From: Candidatus Cloacimonadota bacterium
Lineage (GTDB): Bacteria; Muiribacteriota; UBA6191
Direction: 5' to 3'
NCBI GenBank assembly: GCA_023954715.1
Contig: JAGSHD010000001.1
Location: 300,468 to 364,467, forward strand
Length of the DNA: 64,000 bases
A model generated the notes under the pieces. The model worked only from the letters and a program-made list of their open reading frames with translations, did no database searches and was not told where the DNA came from. Position 1 is the stretch's first letter, and every line of letters begins with the position of its first letter. Position numbers and translations under genes: made by a program. Positions 18,802-29,986 of this stretch are shown one piece after another.

Positions 18802-19455
18802 TTATACTATTAATGATCCTAAATCCATATTAGCTACTTCATTAAAATTGCTTATAACTAATTTAGCTGCTGTTAGGTTTTGTTCTCCATTAACTCCATT
18901 TAAATAGGCTACACTATACATTCCTGCTTCATTTGCAGCATTAATGCCATGGGTAGAGTCTTCAAAAACGATACAATCTTTGGCTTCAACTTTTAATAAA
19001 TCTCTTGTGTAATTATAAATTGCTGGATCTGGTTTTCCTACACCATTAACATGATCTGCACTTACTATCTCTTGAAAGTACTCATCTAAGCCAAAACGTT
19101 TAACGACGATATCTATACACAACATAGGACTAGAAGAAGCCAAAGCAATTTTATGACCCTTAGATTTAAGATACTTTAGTAAATCCATAAATCCAGGCAT
19201 TAAGCCTACTTCTTTAGCATATATATCAACTGCCATTTCTTCATTCATGGATAAAAATGTATCTAATGGCATATCAAGACCAAAATCGTTTACTAAAGTT
19301 GAGTACATTTCAGGTACACTCATCCCTGTAATTTTACCATAATCTTTTATATCCCAGTTTTTGATATACTTACTAAGTAACTCGCCCTCATGCTCTAGCC
19401 ACTTCTCTTCACTATCTATAATTGTTCCGTCCATATCAAAAATAATTGTTTTCAT
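18802..19455 (-). CDS. HAD-superfamily hydrolase (subfamily IA, beta-phosphoglucomutase/phosphatase-like).
   Basis: The DMDGTIIDSE motif I is present, with conserved K and DD motifs downstream. The length is about 217 aa. Confidence 0.8.
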   Translation of the reverse strand: MKTIIFDMDGTIIDSEEKWLEHEGELLSKYIKNWDIKDYGKITGMSVPEMYSTLVNDFGLDMPLDTFLSMNEEMAVDIYAKEVGLMPGFMDLLKYLKSKGHKIALASSSPMLCIDIVVKRFGLDEYFQEIVSADHVNGVGKPDPAIYNYTRDLLKVEAKDCIVFEDSTHGINAANEAGMYSVAYLNGVNGEQNLTAAKLVISNFNEVANMDLGSLIV

Positions 19456-19920
19456 TTTGTCCCATCTATTTTTCTATCAATAAAGTCTATACCCAAATGC
19501 CAATGGCTTCACTATTTTTCCAAACAATATCACCACAAATTAATGGACTTTTTGCTTTTTACAATACTCATCCAGTTCAAATCATAGTTTTGATAAAGTA
19601 TCTCGCTTTTTCTTTTCGTACTACAGGCAAAGCAATTATGAATGGTTCTATATAATCCAGAAATATTGTAAAACTTTTTGTGAATTATTACAAAAGGTCC
19701 ACATAAATTGTTTATTATTGTTCTGAATTTAACCCTATCAGGTTTCAGTTTAACTTTTTTCTACACCTTCATTCCCTAATAACCGAAGGTTAAATGTATC
19801 CTAGAAAATAAATGAGCACACTCTTATCTACTTCAATGCTGCACTTATCTTATAAAGTATTGTACTCAGTTCTAGTTTTCATGTTACATAATAGCCTGTC
19901 TGGCTAAAATAGGAGAAATA

Positions 19921-20319
19921 ATGGCAGTTAAAGGTGCTGGCGGAACATCAGGTGGTCTCACTCACTTCTTTCTTGGCTTAGTTATGAGCCTAAGTGGAGC
20001 ATATCTGATTACAAATAATGTAAAAGTTAGTTCAAGCTATCTTGCAATGAGATACAATCTATTTGGCTCAACTTCAGTCTCTGCTTTTGGGGTTACTCTT
20101 ATCCCCCTAACTATAGGAATCTTCTATCTGTTTTTTAACGGGGATTCTAAAATTGGTTGGTTACTCACCGTAGGGAGCATTATAGCAATTTTTGTAGGAA
20201 TCGTAGCCAATTTACAAATATATTTTGCCACAACAAGCCTCTATATATTTGGCATGATGCTTACTCTATTATTCGGAGGATTAGGCCTTGTCGCTAGATC
20301 CTTAAAATCATTCGATTAG
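19921..20319 (+). CDS. Hypothetical small integral membrane protein.
   Basis: An AGGAG RBS lies 6 nt upstream. There are three or four hydrophobic helices and no family assignment. Confidence 0.55.
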   Translation: MAVKGAGGTSGGLTHFFLGLVMSLSGAYLITNNVKVSSSYLAMRYNLFGSTSVSAFGVTLIPLTIGIFYLFFNGDSKIGWLLTVGSIIAIFVGIVANLQIYFATTSLYIFGMMLTLLFGGLGLVARSLKSFD

Positions 20320-20355
20320 TCAAATTAAATTATCAACATATAACTGGAGATCACA

Positions 20356-20787
20356 ATGAACACATTGAAACAAGAGACAGTAACCCCAACTCTAATTCAA
20401 CCCCAAAAAGTAAGTAAAAAGACGATTCTAACTTTATCAAAAGAAAACAAAAACGAAGCTATTTCTAAAAGATATAAGCAAGATCAAATTCAAAATCAAA
20501 AAATTAGAGCACTAACGGAGCAAGTTGGTGGATTAATGAAAACCTTATCTGCTTACAAAGAAATTGAAAAGCAATCCAATCAACAAGAGAAGGTTATTAA
20601 CTCTCAATCAAAACAAATATCAGATCTTGAAATGAAGATTATTGAATTTTCAAAAGAAATGTATTCACATAAACTAGAAAATGATCAAAAAATTACTTTA
20701 ATACAGTCCCAAGTGAAAGAAAATACTTACAAAAGTAGTTTTTCTGGACTTGTAGAAACTATTAAACATTTTTTGTTTGGATATTAG
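20356..20787 (+). CDS. Hypothetical coiled-coil protein rich in Q, K and E.
   Basis: A GGAGA RBS lies 5 nt upstream. A heptad-like charged sequence is present. The gene lies immediately upstream of the AGCS transporter. Confidence 0.5.
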   Translation: MNTLKQETVTPTLIQPQKVSKKTILTLSKENKNEAISKRYKQDQIQNQKIRALTEQVGGLMKTLSAYKEIEKQSNQQEKVINSQSKQISDLEMKIIEFSKEMYSHKLENDQKITLIQSQVKENTYKSSFSGLVETIKHFLFGY

Positions 20788-20790
20788 TAT

Positions 20791-22410
20791 ATGAGTGCTC
20801 TTGATCCCATTATCACTGCAATTGAAAACCTTTTTAATTTTCCAAGTGAATTACCTATTTTTATAGTCTTACTCCTAGGAACCGGACTCTTTGTTACCCT
20901 AAAGTTTCATTTTATTCAATTTTTTCGTTTAAAGCACTCTTTTGAAATCGTTATGGGAAAATACGATGATCCAAACGATGTTGGAGACGTAAGTCACTTT
21001 CAGGCATTAACAGTAGCTCTATCTGCAACTGTTGGAGTTGGAAATATCGCTGGAGTAGCTCTAGCGATTCACTATGGTGGTCCTGGCGCAATCTTTTGGA
21101 TGTGGTTAACTGCATTTTTTGGTATGGCTCTCAAGTTTGTTGAATGTACTTTAGCATTAAAGTATCGAGTCATTGACGATATGGGAGAAGCTAGTGGTGG
21201 ACCTATGTACTACATAGAAAAAGGCCTCGGCAACAAATCCTTTGGTATTTTCTTTGCTGTTTGTGCAGTGCTTTGTTCATTTTGTACCGGCAATATGAAC
21301 CAATCCAATAGTATCGCTAGTGTCTTGAGTTCACGGTTCTTATTATTAGACAACGGTAAAATTGCTATCGGTATCATTTTAGCACTATTAGTAGGTAGTG
21401 TAATCTTAGGTGGAGTAAAAAGAATAGCCAAAGTTACTGAAAAACTAGCTCCTTCTATGGCGGCAGTATATTTCTTATCTGCCTTTGTGATCATAATATT
21501 AAACATGGAAAAACTCCCCGATATTGTATCAGCTATCTTTTCTCAAGCCTTTAATCCTCAATCTGCTTTTGGTGGTACTGCCGCTGGTACCTTAACTATG
21601 ACGATGTTAATCGGTATCAAGCGTGGTTTATTTTCCAATGAAGCTGGACAAGGATCTGCACCGATCGCTCATGCTTCTGCAAAGACCAACGAACCTGTCC
21701 GTGAAGGATTAGTTGCCATGATGGGGCCTTTTATCGATACTTTAGTTATCTGCTCCTTAACTGCTTTTGTTTTGTTAATCACAAGCACCTGGAATCAAAA
21801 ATTTGAAGTCCAAACCATGCTAACTGATGTAAAAATTGTTAAATCAATTGATCAGCACGCAAATACAGAGATGTTTGTAGGAAGTTTTCAAGTGACGGAA
21901 GGAATCGCTCGAGATGCACAATTTGTATACAATCATGCATTGGTTGAAAATGTAGTAATTTTTCAAAAGGACAAAAAGTTTTCAGGTACATTAACCATCG
22001 ATGAAAATAATAAGATTAATATTGAAGGATTATCCCTAAAAGGTAACTCTCTATTATCTGGGGCCCCTCTTACTTCTAAGGCCTTTAAGGTTGGTTTGTC
22101 GAGTATCTTTGCACATGGAGATGTCATCGTAGACCTATGTGTTATTTTGTTTGCTATCTCAACTATCATTTCATGGTGTTACTATGGAGATCGATCCTTC
22201 GTTTACTTGTTTGGTACAAAACAGTTGATCTTATATCGTCTAACTTATTTGTTTTTCGTATTTTTAGGGGCCATTTTACCTTTATACACAGTCTGGAGAA
22301 TAGGAGACGTTGCCCTCTCACTGATGGCCCTGCCAAACTTAATCGCCATACTATTTTTACATAAACAAGTAATGAGTGATGCCAAAGATTATTTCACTAA
22401 ATATTCGTAA
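20791..22410 (+). CDS. Sodium:alanine (amino acid) symporter, AGCS family.
   Basis: It has the AGCS signature region GNIAGVALAIHYGGPGAIFWMWLTAFFGMALKF and multiple TM helices. It carries an extra hydrophilic insertion of about 100 aa that makes it about 539 aa long. Confidence 0.85.
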   Translation: MSALDPIITAIENLFNFPSELPIFIVLLLGTGLFVTLKFHFIQFFRLKHSFEIVMGKYDDPNDVGDVSHFQALTVALSATVGVGNIAGVALAIHYGGPGAIFWMWLTAFFGMALKFVECTLALKYRVIDDMGEASGGPMYYIEKGLGNKSFGIFFAVCAVLCSFCTGNMNQSNSIASVLSSRFLLLDNGKIAIGIILALLVGSVILGGVKRIAKVTEKLAPSMAAVYFLSAFVIIILNMEKLPDIVSAIFSQAFNPQSAFGGTAAGTLTMTMLIGIKRGLFSNEAGQGSAPIAHASAKTNEPVREGLVAMMGPFIDTLVICSLTAFVLLITSTWNQKFEVQTMLTDVKIVKSIDQHANTEMFVGSFQVTEGIARDAQFVYNHALVENVVIFQKDKKFSGTLTIDENNKINIEGLSLKGNSLLSGAPLTSKAFKVGLSSIFAHGDVIVDLCVILFAISTIISWCYYGDRSFVYLFGTKQLILYRLTYLFFVFLGAILPLYTVWRIGDVALSLMALPNLIAILFLHKQVMSDAKDYFTKYS

Positions 22411-22454
22411 CATCCAAATTACATATTAAACACTTTAAGTAGTGTAAATAACAT

Positions 22455-22483
22455 AACCCAGACTTTATAGTCTGGGTTTTTTG
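22455..22483 (+). terminator. Rho-independent terminator with a 10-bp stem AACCCAGACT/AGTCTGGGTT.
   Basis: A perfect stem with loop TTAT is followed by TTTTTT. It lies 45 nt downstream of the AGCS stop. Confidence 0.7.
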
Positions 22484-22585
22484 CTTGGTGAGTCGAGACC
22501 ATAATATCAGAGTAGATTAAGCCGTAACTTCCAATCAATTTGATCAGAATACTAATTTATATGGATACTTGTTTCAACCTTCTAT

Positions 22586-23101
22586 ATGATACTGAGCCCT
22601 ATGAAATTGTTTGATAAATACTATAAACTATTTTTCGATCAGCCTGATCCTAAAGACATAAGATTTCTAACTCCTTTACCTCGAATTTTTGGTTTTTGGC
22701 CATTGACAGTATGTTTTATGTTTGTAATCATACGATTTGCGCTAGAAGATTTTGGTCTATTTACAATCGAGGTAATTCAAAACAGCCCTTGGCTTCTGTT
22801 ACCAATTATTTCTATATTCATTCTTCTAATATTCATTGCAATTCTCAACTTCCTAGTATTGGTATCAACTGTAAAATACAGATTAAAATTTCTTCAAGAA
22901 TGTCCAAGCGAGTTTTATCAAGTCACCTATACCGATCATGCTATTCATATTTTCTATCAGAAACTAACTATTCCTATCTTTGTTGTTTGCCAATTTGCCA
23001 TATTATTCTCAATACACGATATAGAAATATTCGTAGGCTTATTGTCTTATTGTGTATATAAACTATTACATGAAATGATACGATTTTATATCAGTAATTG
23101 A
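22586..23101 (+). CDS. Hypothetical membrane protein (orphan, flanked by terminators).
   Basis: It is a 171-aa ORF with four hydrophobic helices. It has no RBS and is very AT-rich, so coding status is uncertain. An alternative frame (22696-23061) looks non-coding. Confidence 0.35.
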   Translation: MILSPMKLFDKYYKLFFDQPDPKDIRFLTPLPRIFGFWPLTVCFMFVIIRFALEDFGLFTIEVIQNSPWLLLPIISIFILLIFIAILNFLVLVSTVKYRLKFLQECPSEFYQVTYTDHAIHIFYQKLTIPIFVVCQFAILFSIHDIEIFVGLLSYCVYKLLHEMIRFYISN

Positions 23102-23181
23102 AATCCATAACATCAACGATACTCTTATAGTTATTGTTTTATATATAATCAATAAGTTAAAGTCAAGATACCCTAATAACG

Positions 23182-23222
23182 TAAAAACCCCTAAATCAAT
23201 AAATTGATTTAGGGGCTTTTAA
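23182..23222. terminator. Bidirectional terminator with a perfect 13-bp stem (CCCCTAAATCAAT/ATTGATTTAGGGG).
   Basis: The stem at 23188-23200 / 23203-23215 is flanked by an A-run and a T-run. It lies between convergent genes. Confidence 0.7.
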
Positions 23223-23243
23223 GTTATATACCTTAGGTTTAAT

Positions 23244-26372
<3,129 letters not shown>

Positions 26373-26485
26373 TTATATAAAATAAACATTTTACCCATCA
26401 TTATTAAGGATAAGAATCCTGCAAGCTTTGTCAATAAAGTTTACAAAAGTTTATGAGATTATCTTAATTTTTTTTAAAGTTAGAT

Positions 26486-27964
26486 TTAGTTGGTTGCTTC
26501 ATTAGAAGAATAAAGATTATAGCCATTATCTTCAATCCACTTTAAAACTCTCTGTAAACGATCTCTACGGATATGGGGAGTATTTTCAGTACCAATATAC
26601 CAATCCGTCTGCATATCAGTTCCTTCATCCCATTGGATATTGTACTTTTCTGGTGTGCGACTGATCTCTGAACCTGCCATCAAAACACAGGCATTAACAG
26701 AAGTAAAACCACAAATACTCTCTCTATTTTTATCTAAAAACTCTAGAGTCTCCAAAAAATGTTGCTCTGTTTCACCTGGAAACCCTACGATTATATTGAG
26801 CTGCGTATTGATGCCTGCTTCAACAACTCGCCTAAGTCCATTTTCTGCTTGTTCTCGATTGAAGCCCTTTTTCATCATTCTCATGACATCGTTACTACCG
26901 GATTCAACCCCAAAGTTTAAAGTTTTTAAACCATTTCGAGCTAAGACTTCTAAGTCACTTGTTTTTAATTGCAAGTTAGGAGTAGCCAAGGCAATCCATG
27001 AGATTTTTCTATTTAGGCCTTCAAATTTTAAGCAAACTTCTACTAGTTCTTTCATGATCCCGTTAATCAATAAATCATTTAACCAAAAGTTACGAAACCC
27101 TTGTGAATAAAACTCATCCCAAATTTCAAAGATTCGCTCATAAGTTAGCTTTCTAAATTTTCCCATAGACTTATAATCTGCACAAAATCGACAATTAAAC
27201 AGGCATGATCTGGTAAAAATCATAGGCAATGATTTCATCTCATAGTTTTTTAATGTTAAATCAGAATAATCTGGTACACCATATCTACTCAGATCTTCAC
27301 TCATTCTAAAGGGTAAATCAAAACCTAACTCTTTGGTTTGATAGACAGACTCAGGTAAATCTAAGCCGGAGCCATCCAAATAACAAAGTAACTCTTTTAA
27401 ACTCTCTTCGCCTTCTCCAACTACAAAATAATCAATATCTGAGCGTAGTCTCTCTCTCTCTTCTTTAAAACAGAGACACGGTCCACCAACTACAATAATT
27501 TTTTCAGGAACTTTAAGTTTTATTCGTTCGATTAAATGGTTTGTAAAGTTTAAATTTGAAGACAATATAGAAAAACCAATAACTTTTTCTGGTCCATAGG
27601 CAAGATCATCACTGAATCTTTCTAAGATGTCATTCAGCAAAGGATAAATATTTTCTGCAAAAAGTTTAGGGTTCACCCAGTAATGAATTGAAGACTTATC
27701 CCAAAATTTTGGCTCTTGTAATAAGTGAAAGCACTCTACATTTAGATCACGAGTTGTAATCTCTATACCATGCTGCTGCATAGCCGTCTTTAGAGTACCT
27801 AGTACAATGGGTGGCATTTCAACCCCCCAACTTGGACATAGGCATAACATCATCCTACTATTTGATGTTTGTGACCCTACATTGAGTTCATATTGGATGG
27901 AGTCTTTAGCTGAATCTGGATCCTTAAAGGCTTTTGATATTTTTGTAACTAGATTAGAAAACAT
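26486..27964 (-). CDS. B12-binding-domain radical SAM protein.
   Basis: The CLFNCRFC motif (CxxxCxxC) sits in the radical-SAM core. An N-terminal B12-binding-like domain precedes it. The start is 5 nt after the tlyA stop. An alternative ATGATG at 27848-27853 has an AGGA directly abutting it (no spacer). Confidence 0.8.
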   Translation of the reverse strand: MFSNLVTKISKAFKDPDSAKDSIQYELNVGSQTSNSRMMLCLCPSWGVEMPPIVLGTLKTAMQQHGIEITTRDLNVECFHLLQEPKFWDKSSIHYWVNPKLFAENIYPLLNDILERFSDDLAYGPEKVIGFSILSSNLNFTNHLIERIKLKVPEKIIVVGGPCLCFKEERERLRSDIDYFVVGEGEESLKELLCYLDGSGLDLPESVYQTKELGFDLPFRMSEDLSRYGVPDYSDLTLKNYEMKSLPMIFTRSCLFNCRFCADYKSMGKFRKLTYERIFEIWDEFYSQGFRNFWLNDLLINGIMKELVEVCLKFEGLNRKISWIALATPNLQLKTSDLEVLARNGLKTLNFGVESGSNDVMRMMKKGFNREQAENGLRRVVEAGINTQLNIIVGFPGETEQHFLETLEFLDKNRESICGFTSVNACVLMAGSEISRTPEKYNIQWDEGTDMQTDWYIGTENTPHIRRDRLQRVLKWIEDNGYNLYSSNEATN

Positions 27965-27969
27965 AAGTC

Positions 27970-28764
27970 CTATTTTGAAAAATGTGCTTGTCGTGCTGTG
28001 ATTACTTGGTTGATCAAATCTCTATCCACTGAAGTTTGGTTCATTTCTGCATAGAAAAAATACTCCACATTACCTTTTGGCCCTGCTACTTTAGAAAAGT
28101 CTAATTTTTTAACTCCATATGAAAGGCTCTCTAAAGTGTCCCAAGTTTTTAATATGGATTGATAGATCGCTGTTTCATCTTTAACTACACCATGCTTTCC
28201 TACTGACTCTCTTCCTACTTCAAACTGTGGTTTCATCATAGGAACAATAAAGTGATTCGATCGTGCAAACTTTGGTAACAATGGTAAAACCGTTTGCAGA
28301 GAAATAAAAGACACATCGATAACAAATCCATCTACTGCATTACTAATTTGATCTACAGTTAATTTTTTAATATGAGTTTTTTCAATAGAATGAACTCTAT
28401 CATCATTTCGAAGTTTCCAGGCTAGTTGATTGGTCCCTACATCCACTGCATAAACAGAATGCGCCCCATTTTGAAGTAAAAAATCTGTAAAGCCACCCGT
28501 AGATGATCCAACATCCATAAATTTTAAGTTTTTAACCTCAAATTGAACCACTTTAAAGACACTTTCTAATTTATCCCCACCTCTTGATACATACTTTTGC
28601 TGGCTCTTAACTCGAATCGTCTGATCTTCTTTAATAGACATACCTGGCTTATCTATGACTTTATCGTCAATTAGTACTTGCCCCGCTAAAATCATGCGTT
28701 TCGCCTTTTCGCGTGAGTCAAAATAATTTAATTCAACAAGGAGTTGATCTAATCTTTTTTTCAT
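27970..28764 (-). CDS. tlyA: TlyA-family 16S/23S rRNA (cytidine-2'-O)-methyltransferase (haemolysin A-like).
   Basis: An N-terminal S4 RNA-binding domain (RLDQLLVELNYFDSREKAKRMILAGQV) is followed by an FtsJ-type MTase (VYAVDVGTNQL, DVSFIS). Confidence 0.85.
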   Translation of the reverse strand: MKKRLDQLLVELNYFDSREKAKRMILAGQVLIDDKVIDKPGMSIKEDQTIRVKSQQKYVSRGGDKLESVFKVVQFEVKNLKFMDVGSSTGGFTDFLLQNGAHSVYAVDVGTNQLAWKLRNDDRVHSIEKTHIKKLTVDQISNAVDGFVIDVSFISLQTVLPLLPKFARSNHFIVPMMKPQFEVGRESVGKHGVVKDETAIYQSILKTWDTLESLSYGVKKLDFSKVAGPKGNVEYFFYAEMNQTSVDRDLINQVITARQAHFSK

Positions 28765-28889
28765 TTATTTATCCTAATAGATCTGCCAAAGATCCCATAT
28801 AACATTACGAGTAAAAACAATTATACTCAATGTCTTCTATTTAAGCTACAGGGAAGAACACATAAATATCTATAAATTAAAGCTAGTCT

Positions 28890-28932
28890 CAAAAAAAAAT
28901 GGACAAAAAAAAATGGCCCCGAAGGACCATTT
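28890..28932 (-). terminator. Minus-strand rho-independent terminator after rpsI. The stem is GGUCC/GGGCC with a UUCG tetraloop.
   Basis: The hairpin pairs only in the minus-strand transcript, with a U-G wobble. UUUUUUUUGUCCAUUUUU follows it. It lies 15 nt after the rpsI stop. Confidence 0.55.
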
Positions 28933-28944
28933 TTTTTCGTGGAA

Positions 28945-29343
28945 TTAACGCTTTGAAAATTGTGGTTTTTTTCTAGCTTTCTTTAATCCAGGCTTCTTTC
29001 TTTCAACAATTCTTGAATCTCTTGTTAAAAGTCCAGCTTCTTTAAGAGCAGGACGAAGATTAGGGTTATACTTTAAAAGTGCTCTAGACAATCCTAAAGC
29101 TAAAGCTCCAGCTTGACCTCTTGGTCCTCCACCTTTTACAGTAGCCCAAACTTCGATACGATCCAAAGTTTCAGTTACAGCTAAAGGGAATCCAGCTTCT
29201 CTAATCCATAGTGGACCACATAAGTACTCGTCCACTGTTTTTTCATTTACAGTATATTTTGCTTCTGTTGCTGGTTTTACCCAAACTCTAGCGCTTGAAG
29301 ATTTTCTTCTACCTGTTCCGTAATATTTTTCTACTTTTGCCAT
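28945..29343 (-). CDS. rpsI: 30S ribosomal protein S9.
   Basis: It has the conserved C-terminus ...GLKKARKKPQFSKR. It is 132 aa and lies downstream of rplM. Confidence 0.95.
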   Translation of the reverse strand: MAKVEKYYGTGRRKSSSARVWVKPATEAKYTVNEKTVDEYLCGPLWIREAGFPLAVTETLDRIEVWATVKGGGPRGQAGALALGLSRALLKYNPNLRPALKEAGLLTRDSRIVERKKPGLKKARKKPQFSKR

Positions 29344-29353
29344 TTTCTGATCC

Positions 29354-29782
29354 TTAGCTTAATTTCAACTCTTGAGGTTTTTGAGCTGAGAAATCATGCT
29401 CACTACCAGCTACAACTTTTAATCTTCTGTACATATCTGCACCAATTCTACTCTTTGGTAACATACCTTTAATAGCATGCTCAAGGATTCTAGTTGGGTG
29501 TTCAGCTAATACATTCTTGTAAGTTCTACTCTTAAGTCTATGACCAGTGTGATGATGGTACATCTTAACTTCAGCTTTGTTACCAGTTACTGTAATTTGC
29601 TCTGCATTTATAACAATAATTGCATCTCCGCAAAGTTGGTTTGGTGTGAATTCTGGTTTATGCTTACCTTTTAATCGACTTGCTACTAATGAAGCTAGTC
29701 TTCCTAAGTTTTGACCTGCAGCGTCAATAACAAACCAATCTGGTGTTATTTCGCCGTATTTTGCCATATATGTTTTTTTCAT
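29354..29782 (-). CDS. rplM: 50S ribosomal protein L13.
   Basis: The N-terminus MKKTYMAKYGEITPDWFVIDAAGQNLGRLAS is diagnostic. It is 142 aa. Confidence 0.95.
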   Translation of the reverse strand: MKKTYMAKYGEITPDWFVIDAAGQNLGRLASLVASRLKGKHKPEFTPNQLCGDAIIVINAEQITVTGNKAEVKMYHHHTGHRLKSRTYKNVLAEHPTRILEHAIKGMLPKSRIGADMYRRLKVVAGSEHDFSAQKPQELKLS

Positions 29783-29986
29783 TTTTATACCTTTCCTACT
29801 GAAAAAATCCGAATTATATAATTAAATCGGGGTAGGATTTATTTGTTGTCTAATGACAACAGCCGACAATGTGAAAAGGATTATATCAAATGGATCCTAT
29901 TATGCAAGTCTTTTTTTTACTTAATCTATTGAGATAGAAAGGTTTTTACGATCAATCTAGGTAAATATCCAGTTTTTTATAGCAAT

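Noticed and set aside
19446-19655. 69-aa plus-strand ORF in the 465-bp gap before the 19921 gene
   Set aside because: It starts inside the HAD hydrolase start region on the opposite strand and has no RBS. It is more likely promoter or UTR DNA. A small RNA cannot be excluded but nothing specific supports one.
22696-23061. 121-aa alternative-frame ORF inside the 22586-23101 ORF
   Set aside because: Its translation is Ser/Arg/Cys-rich with no hydrophobic periodicity. The other frame is more protein-like.
26640-27110. 156-aa plus-strand ORF
   Set aside because: It is antisense within the radical SAM gene, which has strong motif support.
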